Shown: positions 1-12,456, numbered from the stretch's first letter. The stretch: 63,042 nucleotides of DNA from an uncultured Candidatus Saccharibacteria bacterium (GCA_964644965.1 CAZXYN010000006.1:1-63042); one strand, 5' to 3'. Numbers and translations are program-made. The notes: generated by a model from the sequence alone, not told the origin.

Positions 1-44
<44 letters not shown>

Positions 45-116
45 AAAAAATGAAGATTGTATAGCTTATTTAGCTTCTGAACAGGCGGCGTTACGCCGAC
101 CTGTCTGACCAGAAGA

Positions 117-151
117 TTCATCCTAAACCAGGGACAAACTCTCCAAAAAAA
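117..151 (-). repeat. Degenerate direct copy of the 16S 5' end inside the rRNA leader
   Basis: TTCATCCTaaaCCAGGgaCAAACTCTCCAAAAAAA at 117-151 matches TTCATCCTgagCCAGGatCAAACTCTCCAAAAAAA at 16-50. About 30 of 35 positions agree, at a 101-nt offset in the same orientation. Confidence 0.7.
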
Positions 152-390
152 GAATTTGCTCTCTTAGCATCAGTCGAAACTGACTTGAAGCTACCCAAGG
201 TAAACCTTGGATGCCTCTATAAAAAACAATTCAAAAAAACTGACGTTGATGGTTCATATTTAGCCACGGCCGGAGCCAGTGGTTTCAAAATGAACCTTTG
301 ATAACCGAAGTTACCAAATTGCACTATCCTAGTTTTTAAGGGGCTTTTTCGAGGACATCTAAACTAAAGACCTCAAAAAGTGCTCGTCTG

Positions 391-419
391 AATATACCTG
401 TAATTTCTCTCTACGTCAA
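391..419 (-). promoter_or_regulatory. Sigma70-type promoter candidate for the rRNA operon leader
   Basis: The minus strand reads TTGACG (419-414), a 17-nt spacer, then TATATT (396-391). It lies about 340 nt upstream of the 16S 5' end and immediately downstream of the gyrA stop. Confidence 0.5.
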
Positions 420-476
420 GGGTATTCTTAGGAATTAACGTTGTAGGAAAGTCTACTTTTCTAATCTGTTAAACGG

Positions 477-2990
477 TTATGCTTTTGGAGTTTCTTCTGA
501 ATCTTCAGGCTCATCCGTTTTGAGCATTTCGTCGACAAGCGCAAGGGATGCAACTGTGTCCTTATCATTCATGCGCATAATTCGTACACCTTGAGTTGCG
601 CGGCCAAGCTCCGGAATGTCCTTGAGACCAAGTCTAATTGTCTGACCCTGGGTAGAGATAATGATTACTTCATTAGCCTTCTCTGTTAGTGCTTTAACGC
701 TTACCAAGTTACCCGTCTTCTTGTTAACTATCGCGGAACGAATACCTACACCACCACGAGCATGTGCCGTGAACTGAGAAATCTTGGTGCGCTTACCATA
801 GCCAAACTCACTAATCACGAAGATACTGGTAGTTTCCTCGACTATATCCATGCCGATAACTTGGTCACCAGCACGCAGACGAATACCGCGCACACCGCGG
901 GAGGTGCGGCCCATAGGACGGACATCCTTCTCGTGGAAGCGAATTGCCTGACCCTGTTGGGTAGAGATGACTACTTCGTTATCACCAGTGGTAGTTCGGA
1001 TCCACTTGAGCTCATCCCCATCATCCAGATTAATCGTGATTAGACCAGAACTTCTGACATTTTTGTACTGCTCTATAGGTGTCTTCTTGACGACACCGCG
1101 CATAGTACACATCATCAGGTGTCCATGTTCGATATTCTTTCCGATGTTAATCACAGCGCTAACAACCTCTTCTGGTTGTAACTGTAGAAGGTTCACAATC
1201 GCTACGCCTTTGGCATTCAGGCCAACTGCTGGTACTTCGTAGGCCTTCAGGCGGAAGACACGGCCCTTGTTTGTGAAGAACAATAGGAAGTCATGCGTTG
1301 AAGTATTAACAACGTGTTCAATGACATCTTCTTCACGAGTAGCCATACCTCGGCGACCCTTTCCACCACGTCCCTGCTTCTTATAATCTGTGATTGAAGA
1401 CCGTTTAATGTAGTTGTTTGCTGTAAGAGTAACAACAACTTGCTCATCAGGAATTAGATCTTCGTCACCAAGCTTACCTAGTTCTTGCGGTATAACTTTT
1501 GTGCGGCGATCATCACCGAATTGTTTCTTCATTTCTAGTAGTTCTGTCTTGATAATCTTTAAGATTTCTTTCTCATCACCAAGAATACTCTCTAGTTGAG
1601 CAATGATTTTGAGGAGTTCAGCAAGTTCGTCCTCGATCTTCTTACGTTCTAGCCCAGCTAGCGTACGAAGTTGCATAGCAAGGATTGCTTTGGCTTGAAT
1701 CTCTGTCAGCTTGAACTTCTTTATCAAGTTAGCTTGAGCTTCTTCTGTTGTTTGAGAGGCGCGGATAGTAGCAATAACCTCGTCGATATGGTCTAGAGCA
1801 ATCTTGAGACCCTCTAGAATATGCGCGCGATCCTTTGCCTTGCGCAGCTCAAACTCGGTTCGACGTCGAACCACAACCTGCCGATGCTTGATATATTCAT
1901 TCAGTATGTCCTGTATCCCAAGTACTCTTGGTTGTATACCATCAATCAGCGCAAGCATGTTGTAGTGGAATGCTGTTTGAAGTGGCGTTAGCTTATAGAG
2001 TTGATTCAGAAGCTTCTTTGGGTAAGCGTCTTTCTTAAGGTCAATAACGACCCTAACGCTACCACGTGAGCTCTCGTCGCGAATATCAGATATACCGGCT
2101 ATTTTCTTGTCTCTAACAAGGTCGGCTATCTTTTCAACTAGACCAGCCTTGTTCACAGCATAAGGTATTTCGGTAATGACAATTCGTTGGCGACCTTTAG
2201 CCGTCTCTTCGATATCGGCAACACCTCGCACTACCACACCACCACGACCAGTTGCGAATGCCGAGCGGATCGACTCCTTGCCGTAGACGATACCGCCGGT
2301 TGGGAAGTCAGGACCCTTTACATGCTCCATAATTTCATCTAGAGAGATCTCGGGGTTTTCAATCTGGGCAATCGTTGCATCAACAATCTCACCTAGGTTG
2401 TGAGGTGGAATGCTTGTGGCCATACCGACAGCAATACCAACTTGGCCGTTCAGCAGCAGGTTTGGTAGTTTTGCTGGTAGAACCTCTGGTTCCTGAAGTG
2501 ATCCATCGAAGTTATCTCTGAAAGGAACGGTGTCTTTGTCGATGTCTTCAACCATAGCCTCGGATGCTTTGGTCATTCGTGCCTCTGTATAACGCATAGC
2601 AGCCGGCGGATCACCATCCATTGAACCAAAGTTACCTTGGCCGTCTACTAGTCGATAACGAGTTGAGAACGGCTGTGCAAGACGCACCATAGAATCATAG
2701 ATAGCCGAATCACCATGAGGGTGGTATTTACCCATAACATCACCAACAACCGTGGCGCTCTTGGTGTGTTTGCCGCCAGCACGAATACCGTTCTTGTCCA
2801 TAACATAGAGTATTCTTCGGTGGACTGGTTTCATACCGTCACGAACATCAGGTAGCGCACGAGCAACAATGACTGACATCGAATACTGTAGGTAGCTTGT
2901 TTCCATCTCTTCTTCGACAGAGCGAAGCACCATCGTTTTAGAGTGATTTAGCGGATCAATTGGCTTGATGCGTTTTTCTTCTTCGTTCAT
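477..2990 (-). CDS. gyrA: DNA gyrase subunit A
   Basis: 837-aa ORF. It has the catalytic Tyr motif [10 protein letters not shown], a GKYHPHGD motif and C-terminal beta-pinwheel repeats. It sits directly downstream of gyrB. Confidence 0.95.
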   Translation of the reverse strand: MNEEEKRIKPIDPLNHSKTMVLRSVEEEMETSYLQYSMSVIVARALPDVRDGMKPVHRRILYVMDKNGIRAGGKHTKSATVVGDVMGKYHPHGDSAIYDSMVRLAQPFSTRYRLVDGQGNFGSMDGDPPAAMRYTEARMTKASEAMVEDIDKDTVPFRDNFDGSLQEPEVLPAKLPNLLLNGQVGIAVGMATSIPPHNLGEIVDATIAQIENPEISLDEIMEHVKGPDFPTGGIVYGKESIRSAFATGRGGVVVRGVADIEETAKGRQRIVITEIPYAVNKAGLVEKIADLVRDKKIAGISDIRDESSRGSVRVVIDLKKDAYPKKLLNQLYKLTPLQTAFHYNMLALIDGIQPRVLGIQDILNEYIKHRQVVVRRRTEFELRKAKDRAHILEGLKIALDHIDEVIATIRASQTTEEAQANLIKKFKLTEIQAKAILAMQLRTLAGLERKKIEDELAELLKIIAQLESILGDEKEILKIIKTELLEMKKQFGDDRRTKVIPQELGKLGDEDLIPDEQVVVTLTANNYIKRSSITDYKKQGRGGKGRRGMATREEDVIEHVVNTSTHDFLLFFTNKGRVFRLKAYEVPAVGLNAKGVAIVNLLQLQPEEVVSAVINIGKNIEHGHLMMCTMRGVVKKTPIEQYKNVRSSGLITINLDDGDELKWIRTTTGDNEVVISTQQGQAIRFHEKDVRPMGRTSRGVRGIRLRAGDQVIGMDIVEETTSIFVISEFGYGKRTKISQFTAHARGGVGIRSAIVNKKTGNLVSVKALTEKANEVIIISTQGQTIRLGLKDIPELGRATQGVRIMRMNDKDTVASLALVDEMLKTDEPEDSEETPKA

Positions 2991-2991
2991 T

Positions 2992-4974
<1,983 letters not shown>

Positions 4975-5139
4975 CTATAAACCCTCGCTTCTTGGTGTTA
5001 ACCTCTTTCGGTGAATGCATTTAGTATAACGCATATTTTGCCTCTTTCGCAAACGGCTTGCCAATACGTACAAATCTATGATTCAATAAGCATGAGCGAT
5101 TATAAAAAGTAAAACAAATACGAAAAAGAAGGCTCACCG

Positions 5140-6777
5140 ATGTTTCGCAAACTCGTCAGCAATCTACCATTCAACCCCAGTCTGCTGGGTACCCTATCTT
5201 TTTATGCAAGACGCGTAAAACAAGAAGAAGGTCTTCGCCGTGTTGGCTTTGGTTTCATAGCTCTAGCTATGTTTATTCAGATGTTCGCTGTTATTGCACC
5301 TCCCGAACCTACCCTGGCAGAATCAGCCAACGATATCATTCGTGGTGGTTTCTCGAAACAAAGTGACGCAGTACTAATGTGTCTTGATCCAACCCGCGAC
5401 TTTTCAACGATCCTGAATAACTTCGGCATCACCTGTACCGACATAGAAAGAGCAAAAACCCGAACTCTCACCTCTACTGAGCACGGTGGCCAACTCTATT
5501 CAATGGGTCGTATCGCCAGAGGCCCGATTGGTAGGAGTAACAAACAGACTGATGAACGCTCGGTCGCAATAGCTGGGAACACATACTACATGCGTAAGCT
5601 AGCATCGCTCGATACTTGGGCAAGCTCGGCCTACAAAGCTCTCGAAGGGCGAACCTCCAGTGGCAAAGTATTCTTTATTTTGTATGACTGCGGAAACCTA
5701 GTCATCGTAGGACCACCTACTGCACCGCCGCCGCCAAAAGTGACTGACGACGGTGCCTGTGAAGTGATATCGAACATAGGCTCACTGCTACCTGGTCAGC
5801 GCTTTAATGCAAGTATTAGAGTTCGTAACACCGGTAACACGGTCTGGGACCCGGGTAACAATTACAGACTTGGCTCAGAGAACCCTCGCGACAATATCAA
5901 CTGGGGAACAAATCGAGTCTACCTACCAAACGCGATAGGCCCAGGAGCAACCCAAGATATTGCCGGAACGTTTACAGCACCGCAGACGAGTGGTACTTAT
6001 CAGTTTTCTTGGCGGATGCTCCAAGAAGGGGTTCGTTGGTTTGGTGCTACCTGCAGCAGTCCAATTACAATTAGTTCACCTGCCCCTCCAAAACCAACAC
6101 CACAGCCAGATGTCTGTCCAGAATTACCAGGAACACAGACCAACGCATCGGAGTGTGTGCCTTGTGACGATTCAAATGACGAGAACGACATCGCCAGTTG
6201 TCTACAGATAGCCAAACAAGCTACAAACGACACTCAGCACATCCCTGACGCTAACGGCACTACCGCTGCAGCAGGAGATGAGATTACCTATACTCTATCT
6301 GTAACTAATAGTAGTAACAGAGAGCTCAAAGACTTTGTATTCGAAGAAATACTTGTTGATGTGCTTGAATATTCCGATCTCAAAGAAATTGGCGGAGCGT
6401 CGTTCAACGAAGAGACCAAGACTCTTCGCTGGCCAGCGACTACAATTGGCGCCGGCACCACCGAACAAAGACAATTCACTATTGCCGTAAAATCAGAAAT
6501 TCCGCAGACCCCTGTCTCAGCATCTGATGCGGGTTCGTTTGATCTGACAATGAGCAACGTGTTCTACGGTGTTACTATTAATATTCATCTGCCTCCAGGG
6601 ATTGCTAAGACTACCGAACAAGTCGTCACAACCCTACCGAACACTGGCCCAGGCACAAGTCTACTGATAGGGTTTGTAGCGACAACTATTATCGCCTACT
6701 TCTTTGCACGAAGTCGACTACTCTCAAAAGAACTAGATATGATACGAACTGACTTCGCCCAAACAGGAGGACTATAG
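5140..6777 (+). CDS. Cell-wall-anchored surface protein (N-terminal TM, NBR1-like Ig domain, DUF11-like repeat, LPXTG sorting signal)
   Basis: There is a hydrophobic segment near residue 40. An Ig-like segment runs RVRNTGNTVWDPGNNYRLGS...GTYQFSWRMLQEGVRWFG. ITYTLSVTNSS resembles DUF11. The C-terminus carries LPNTG, a hydrophobic stretch, then ARSR. Confidence 0.7.
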   Translation: MFRKLVSNLPFNPSLLGTLSFYARRVKQEEGLRRVGFGFIALAMFIQMFAVIAPPEPTLAESANDIIRGGFSKQSDAVLMCLDPTRDFSTILNNFGITCTDIERAKTRTLTSTEHGGQLYSMGRIARGPIGRSNKQTDERSVAIAGNTYYMRKLASLDTWASSAYKALEGRTSSGKVFFILYDCGNLVIVGPPTAPPPPKVTDDGACEVISNIGSLLPGQRFNASIRVRNTGNTVWDPGNNYRLGSENPRDNINWGTNRVYLPNAIGPGATQDIAGTFTAPQTSGTYQFSWRMLQEGVRWFGATCSSPITISSPAPPKPTPQPDVCPELPGTQTNASECVPCDDSNDENDIASCLQIAKQATNDTQHIPDANGTTAAAGDEITYTLSVTNSSNRELKDFVFEEILVDVLEYSDLKEIGGASFNEETKTLRWPATTIGAGTTEQRQFTIAVKSEIPQTPVSASDAGSFDLTMSNVFYGVTINIHLPPGIAKTTEQVVTTLPNTGPGTSLLIGFVATTIIAYFFARSRLLSKELDMIRTDFAQTGGL

Positions 6778-6779
6778 CT

Positions 6780-7346
6780 ATGAGTGAACAATTACGTCAC
6801 CACGGTGAAAAGCATGAGAATCTAAACCATGACAATCATGAACAGCAAGAAGCAATTCGCAAATCCGTCGAAAGCAAGGCCGAAAAGTCCAAGAACGAAC
6901 ACGCTGAGAACCTTGGCGAGATCCGTTCCAAGATTGAAACCGAAGCCAAAAGCAAAAAAGAGAAATCCGAGCATCACAAGGACAAGCACGAATCTGACAA
7001 GCCTGTCTTCGTAAACAAGGAGCTCAAGAATCTAGCCTACCAGCGTACACTCCGTCGTACCCAGAGCAAGCTCAGTGCACCTTCCAGGGCCTTTAGCAAG
7101 GTTATTCACCAGCCAACCGTAGAAAATGTCAGTGAATTCGCCGGCAAAACTATCGCACGCCCTTCGGGTATCTTGATGGGGGGCATTTCGGCTTTCATTG
7201 GTAGCAGTATATTCCTATGGGCAGCCCGCTATTATGGTTATGAATACAATTTTTTGCTATTCGCCCTCTTCTTCGTAGGCGGGTTCTTTATTGGACTCTT
7301 CGTTGAGCTAGGCTTGCATCTAGCAAACCGTAAGACAAAACAATAG
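6780..7346 (+). CDS. Hypothetical membrane protein (His/Lys/Glu-rich N-terminus, two C-terminal TM helices)
   Basis: 188-aa ORF starting 3 nt after the upstream stop. The charged N-terminal half is followed by a hydrophobic C-terminus. No recognisable family. Confidence 0.5.
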   Translation: MSEQLRHHGEKHENLNHDNHEQQEAIRKSVESKAEKSKNEHAENLGEIRSKIETEAKSKKEKSEHHKDKHESDKPVFVNKELKNLAYQRTLRRTQSKLSAPSRAFSKVIHQPTVENVSEFAGKTIARPSGILMGGISAFIGSSIFLWAARYYGYEYNFLLFALFFVGGFFIGLFVELGLHLANRKTKQ

Positions 7347-7347
7347 T

Positions 7348-10308
7348 CTACTCCTGAGGTTTTTGTTCTTCATTACGGTGTAGCGTACCGTCGTTATCAA
7401 TAACAATGGTGTCGTGTTCTATTTCGGCTGATTGCGCGCCCCTAACCTGCAAGGAACCTTCCGTCTTTGGCTGACTAGCTTCTTTAGCACTCATCTCTTG
7501 CTTGAGTTTCTCGGCTATCTTGAGTGCCTCTTGTTGATCAACTTCGCTGCTTGAGATGTTCTTAGGTGCTGAGGAGCTATAATCTACGCTTTTGCCAGCA
7601 TTTGGATCGAAGATCTTTCTGGTTTCAATAACTGGCTTTGGTGCCGGAGTGACTGGAGCGGCTGGTTGCGAGACTGGATTAACAGTCTGTGGTGCTGGTG
7701 GTTTATTCCAAGGATTTTTAGGTGGTACGATCGGAGCTTCTCGTTTCTTGAGCCATTCGTCTAGAAACGAGCCGCTTGAGGCCTTTTGAGGCGCGCTAGC
7801 TGGGCTTGGACGCTGAGACTGTGTACTGAATGGACTTTGCCCAAAAGCTGGCTTAGCGGGCTCCTGTGTCTTTAGGCGCTCAAAGATTGCAGCTTCAACC
7901 TGGGCGCGAGGACGACCAAACTTGGCTGCAGACAGCTGTTTCAGCGCTGTTGCTAGCTGGATATTTGGTTTACCCAGTGGTGGCAGAGTTGCCATGCTGA
8001 AAGGCTGAGTTGGCACGCCACCGATGAGCATACGGGTTACGGAGTTGTAGTTAGGAACACGTTGCAAATCATGAATATCAAACACCGGCGAGAAGTACTT
8101 CGCCAAAAACTCTGCATCGTTAGTACCAACACGGAATGAAATGATCGTACCGATGTTACCGAAGACAGCATCACGAATCTCCTCTGACAACTGAGTCGTG
8201 AATTGGTTAGCTACGATTACGTTGAGGCGGTATTTTCTAGCCTCACTGAGGATTGAGGCGAATGAATCTGTTGAGAAGTTTTGGAACTCATCCACATATA
8301 AGCTAAAATCCTGGCGCTCGCTCTCTGGTATAGAAGCACGTGACATCGCTGCCGCCTGGAACTTCATGACAAAGATCATACCGAGCAGTTTCGAGTTAAG
8401 CTCTCCTGTTCGGCCTTTGCTAAGGTTCACGAGCAATATCTTCTTGTTGTCCATGATATCGCGCAGGTTAAACGAACTCTTGGTCTGACCAATGATATTG
8501 CGCATCATCTGGTTACTTAAGAAGGCGCCAAACTTACTTACAAACCAGCTCTTAACCTCGCCAAACTCGTTAGACCTCTCAGAACCAGGCATCTCCTTCT
8601 GCCAGAAATCTAATACTGTCTGGTCTGTTACATGCTTTAGCTTCTGTTGCACAAAGGCTTTGTCATTGAATAACTTTGGTATATCTACAAACGTGCCGCC
8701 CTCTGGCCCAGCCATAACTGTTAATGCTGCATTACGAAATAGGTGCTCATAACGCGGACCGATGATACCTTGCCTCTGTGGATCATACAGCTTGTATAGC
8801 ATGTTGATTGTCTCTTGGATCAAGAAGTCTTTCTGGTCGGGATCATCAAACTCGAACATATTGAGCCCAAGCGGGTATTCCATATCAGAAGGGTTGAAGT
8901 AGATAACGTCTTCGGTTCTCTCCTTAGGTACCATAGCCATTATGTTTTCTACAACGTCACCATGAGGGTCAATAAATGCAAAGCCATTACCGTTCAGCAT
9001 GTCCTGGAGCGCCATGTTCTCGAGGAACGTAGACTTACCAGTACCGGTCTGTCCTACTGCGTATATGTGACGGCGACGATCCTCGGGATCAAGATTAATG
9101 CGCTTCTTAGCACCTCTGAATATATTGTACCCAAGCATCAAGCCATGCTCAGAAACATTTCGTGGACCGTCGACCTGCTTGCTCGATTGCCGCTCTAGCT
9201 GTGATGTGGGTATATTATTTTGGTCAGGAAAATGGAATATCGTTGCAAGTTCTACAGCGTTTAATATGTTAGAGTTGGTCTCTGGAGGGAATAACCTCAT
9301 GATGTAAGCTGTTGTAAAACTTTCAATATCTTTAGCTGGTGTAAATTTGAACCCATTCTTTCCAGGTGAATCAAACAATGCAAAGCTAGCAACGATATTA
9401 TTCTGAATACTCTGTGCACGTTGCGATATATTAGAGCTAGCTATCACCCGAATAAGCACCTCAAAACCAGGCGATCTAGTCTTCTCCTCTATAGCTTCAA
9501 CTATCGCCTGCTCTGTTGAAGACAGTTCTTTCTTTTCTTCGGGTTGGCCAGGAGTCTTTTCCTCTGGTGGTTTCATCGGTGCAGACAACATATCCCTAGA
9601 GAAATCTAGTATAGCTGCACCAGCTTTCTTTTGTTCTTTGCCCTTTTTCTTCTTGCTGGCGACTTCAGAGGCCTTCTTCTGCCAGCCTGGGTTAGCGGGT
9701 CTAATAAGTATCTGTATGCCAGCACCGTCTTCTTTTTCTAGTGTCGACAGAGAGTTTAGGACACTCTGCAGGGCATCACGCTTCAAATCTTGGTAGGTTG
9801 CAATTGGATAAGCATAGTTTTCCTTAAGAGTCAGCTCACCACCCATAGTTCCGCTAATACGGCCTACTGGGCTAAAGATGTTATGTTCGGACACCTCCTC
9901 TAGTCGGGCTGATGGATAGGCGCTAATTACAGCCTGCTGCACGACATCAATCATAGACATAGGCACCGACGCATAGAAATAAACAAACCCCTTAGATGCA
10001 ACTATTTCGAAGCTAAAATGACGCTGTCCATAGAATTTTGTTTTGAAACCCTTTTGGAGCGTACTGGCTATGATGTTGTAAACAATCTGGGCCTTGCTGA
10101 TAGTTTCATCGGTCACATCACGTACATCACGCGATCCGGAATCGATATCATCGCTTGGTGGTGGTAGATGAATAAGCAAAGGTACCATCTTGAGACTTCG
10201 CTCATAATTCTTCTGTTCACGCCACAACTTTCTAGAGTGCAGGTAGAAGACACCGCCAACACCAGCTAGAGCCAGCAGCATGATAAAAAGCGCAATCAAA
10301 AAGCTCAT
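7348..10308 (-). CDS. Membrane-anchored TraD/VirD4/TraG-like (FtsK-HerA superfamily) coupling-type ATPase with Pro/Gln-rich C-terminal tail
   Basis: N-terminal TM (MSFLIALFIMLLALAGVGGVF). Walker A is GQTGTGKST and the Walker B-like motif is LYVDEFQNF. ARKYRLNVIVANQ is typical of type IV coupling proteins. The last ~200 aa are low complexity. Confidence 0.7.
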   Translation of the reverse strand: MSFLIALFIMLLALAGVGGVFYLHSRKLWREQKNYERSLKMVPLLIHLPPPSDDIDSGSRDVRDVTDETISKAQIVYNIIASTLQKGFKTKFYGQRHFSFEIVASKGFVYFYASVPMSMIDVVQQAVISAYPSARLEEVSEHNIFSPVGRISGTMGGELTLKENYAYPIATYQDLKRDALQSVLNSLSTLEKEDGAGIQILIRPANPGWQKKASEVASKKKKGKEQKKAGAAILDFSRDMLSAPMKPPEEKTPGQPEEKKELSSTEQAIVEAIEEKTRSPGFEVLIRVIASSNISQRAQSIQNNIVASFALFDSPGKNGFKFTPAKDIESFTTAYIMRLFPPETNSNILNAVELATIFHFPDQNNIPTSQLERQSSKQVDGPRNVSEHGLMLGYNIFRGAKKRINLDPEDRRRHIYAVGQTGTGKSTFLENMALQDMLNGNGFAFIDPHGDVVENIMAMVPKERTEDVIYFNPSDMEYPLGLNMFEFDDPDQKDFLIQETINMLYKLYDPQRQGIIGPRYEHLFRNAALTVMAGPEGGTFVDIPKLFNDKAFVQQKLKHVTDQTVLDFWQKEMPGSERSNEFGEVKSWFVSKFGAFLSNQMMRNIIGQTKSSFNLRDIMDNKKILLVNLSKGRTGELNSKLLGMIFVMKFQAAAMSRASIPESERQDFSLYVDEFQNFSTDSFASILSEARKYRLNVIVANQFTTQLSEEIRDAVFGNIGTIISFRVGTNDAEFLAKYFSPVFDIHDLQRVPNYNSVTRMLIGGVPTQPFSMATLPPLGKPNIQLATALKQLSAAKFGRPRAQVEAAIFERLKTQEPAKPAFGQSPFSTQSQRPSPASAPQKASSGSFLDEWLKKREAPIVPPKNPWNKPPAPQTVNPVSQPAAPVTPAPKPVIETRKIFDPNAGKSVDYSSSAPKNISSSEVDQQEALKIAEKLKQEMSAKEASQPKTEGSLQVRGAQSAEIEHDTIVIDNDGTLHRNEEQKPQE

Positions 10309-10320
10309 AGTGGTCTTTGC

Positions 10321-10719
10321 CTATGATTCCTCTATCTTTAGGTCTTTGTTGTAGCGTTTTTTGAGATAGTCTGCCTTAAACTTATTAATCTCGCGGTTTT
10401 GCACATAAGGATCATCCTTGGTAGCGGCAACTATTTGTTTGGCCTTGAGCACCCATTCTTTTTCGATGAGATCATTATCGTCAGCAATCTGTGGAGTTGC
10501 AGAAATTGGCTGCATAGGCTGACCCGTAGGAGTGTTGGTAGGGCTTGAGCTTGCTTGGGGTATAGACTGTGGCGGCATCATTGGCACAGCTGGTCCGGAT
10601 GGCTGGCTGAGTCGTTCCGGTGCTGCTGGATTCTGTTCAGGTGCTGAACCAGACGAAGGAACACCTTCATTGGGCAAAGAAGGCAGTTCAAAGCTAGGCT
10701 GTGGTCCGTTTTGGTTCAT
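10321..10719 (-). CDS. Hypothetical Pro/Ser-rich protein, co-oriented with the TraD-like ATPase
   Basis: 132-aa ORF, 13 nt upstream of the ATPase start. The N-terminal half is proline-rich and disordered; the C-terminal half is a charged helix. Confidence 0.5.
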   Translation of the reverse strand: MNQNGPQPSFELPSLPNEGVPSSGSAPEQNPAAPERLSQPSGPAVPMMPPQSIPQASSSPTNTPTGQPMQPISATPQIADDNDLIEKEWVLKAKQIVAATKDDPYVQNREINKFKADYLKKRYNKDLKIEES

Positions 10720-10795
10720 AAGTTACCTCTAGTAAGAGTATAACAAATAACATGCTGTGACGGGCATCAATCTACTCTCTGTAATTCACAAGTAT

Positions 10796-11164
10796 TTAAG
10801 CACCGCTGTCTTGAGACAGGTTTTTCAAAAAGTAAAAGGCACTACCTGCTACTAACAAGAGGGCTAGAACAAAATCCTGTATACCCAGCTGTTTAAGCGA
10901 ACCAAGCACGACTACTAATAGCGCACCGCCCGCAAAACTTAAACTCAATATCTTTAGCTGACGATCATTAACATCGAAGAATACTCTTAAGAGGAGTCTG
11001 GTGGTAACGAATGCTCCGGCGGCGAATAGGAGTGGCAAAAGCAAAACAAACAGAATAGGCATCGACTGGGGATTAGTTATAAAAACAAAAGATAGGATTC
11101 CCAGTATGCTTAAGCTGCTTAGTAGAACGTCCTTTTTTATAAAATATTGCTTTTGCTTTTGCAT
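10796..11164 (-). CDS. Hypothetical small integral membrane protein
   Basis: 122-aa ORF with four hydrophobic segments. It is the first gene of the apparent three-gene minus-strand unit. Confidence 0.5.
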   Translation of the reverse strand: MQKQKQYFIKKDVLLSSLSILGILSFVFITNPQSMPILFVLLLPLLFAAGAFVTTRLLLRVFFDVNDRQLKILSLSFAGGALLVVVLGSLKQLGIQDFVLALLLVAGSAFYFLKNLSQDSGA

Positions 11165-12207
11165 GTTCGTTTTTTCGATGAATTATTAATTTACAAATAA
11201 ATGGGCCTTAGGACGGCAAATGCGCTCATTAAAAATTACTTTATAGCGCTTACCGTCCAAAAAGGCTGTGACTGACCGCTCATCACCCGTTTAGCGAGTT
11301 TTGAGCGTTGTTCATATTTTATGTATATGAATGCTGTAATGGTTTTTTGCTATTTTTGTGTCTTTTCATTACGTGTTGATAATAACTCAAGCACTTTGCT
11401 AAGTCAAGTACTATTGATGTGTATAAAACAATGTTAATCTGTAAATTTATAAAAAATATTGTTGTCATATTAACAATTTAAGATTTTTGCGACCTTTTGC
11501 TGTCATTTTTGGCAGTCCTTTATATAGACTGCTAATGCTTATTCTTGGACTTTAATACGCTGAGTAGATAAATCCTGTGTAAGACATAAAGTATCTCTTC
11601 AAATAGAGCTACACGCAATTCGAATCTGGATCGAACTAACTGTGATAGAGCCGTAAGCGTATAGCTTATTACTATCGAAGCTCTCTGCCCTAACCGAACA
11701 ATATATATACTAATACAGTACACTAACTAATCAGCCTATTTTGAGTAATTTGAACTTTTCATTAAAGTCCTGCCATAAACAGTGCTGTAAGGTTTTTGTC
11801 ATTCCTACTGTAATACCGAGCTAGATGTCCCTTACCTTCACTTACCATAATTTATCTGGTTCTTGGCCTATATATGTTGAGATTAAGAAATGGCTTACTT
11901 AGGCTGCTCTTGTGCTCTCATGATAGAAATTGCCATTTGGAACTTTGCGGGTACGAGTACGAGCAGAAGCAGAAGCTTTACAGGACTTTTAGGGAGCCTT
12001 TAGCTAGCAAAGTAAGCTCTGTCTGATCGGACCAAAATGGTTATTTAGGTCTTAGCATCCTGGCTGCCAAAACACAGCCTACAAGCTATCTGGTTCATAG
12101 GAAATCTCTCATCAGCTAGCCAATGTAGATAGCCATTCTTAAGCCAAATGGCAAGCTTTCACTGACCATAATGTAAGTTATACACAGATTTTCTTAACAT
12201 AATCATG

Positions 12208-12236
12208 TTGACACTATTTAAGGGGCGTAATAAGAT
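12208..12236 (+). promoter_or_regulatory. Sigma70-type promoter candidate
   Basis: TTGACA (12208-12213), an exact 17-nt spacer, then TAAGAT (12231-12236). Confidence 0.5.
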
Positions 12237-12242
12237 AGGTTC

Positions 12243-12408
12243 AGCACTGAATAAAAAAAGTGCTCAAAAACAAAAAGAACTTCGGTGACAATGGACTCTC
12301 GCAAGCCATTGTCACCACCAAAACTAGATAAAAAGCAAAAGACCAAAACACAACAAATTACCCACAAAATAAGCCGCCTCATACATAGAAGAGACGGCTT
12401 ATTTTTAT
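12243..12408 (+). ncRNA. Candidate small RNA of unknown family (~165 nt), delimited by promoter and intrinsic terminator
   Basis: Downstream of the TTGACA-17-TAAGAT promoter there are four elements. First, hairpin AGCACT-loop-AGTGCT (12243-12264). Second, a perfect 11-bp hairpin GGTGACAATGG/CCATTGTCACC (12284-12316). Third, a C/A-rich unstructured stretch. Fourth, a terminator hairpin plus T-run. The only ORF through it (12285-12494) runs across both hairpins and the terminator. Confidence 0.35.
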
Positions 12409-12410
12409 TT
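12370..12410 (+). terminator. Rho-independent terminator
   Basis: AAGCCG..CTC-loop-GAG..CGGCTT stem followed by ATTTTTATTT. Confidence 0.6.
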
Positions 12411-12456
12411 ACTGGACTTGCTCATGCTTGCAAATATCTAGCTGAGTCATACAATC

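Noticed and set aside
12178-12186. oriC / DnaA-box cluster (TTATACACA here and at 30269; TTATCCAC at 37042; TGTGGATAG at 35276)
   Set aside because: The boxes are single, scattered over 25 kb and imperfect. There is no cluster with an AT-rich unwinding element, and no dnaA or dnaN is in the window.
11165-12456. tmRNA, SRP RNA or 6S RNA in the large intergenic gap
   Set aside because: No tRNA-like acceptor/T-arm pair, no ...ALAA-type tag frame with resume codon, no GGAAGCAGCC-type SRP domain IV motif and no 6S-like long bulged rod could be identified by eye. An Infernal scan is needed before any such call.
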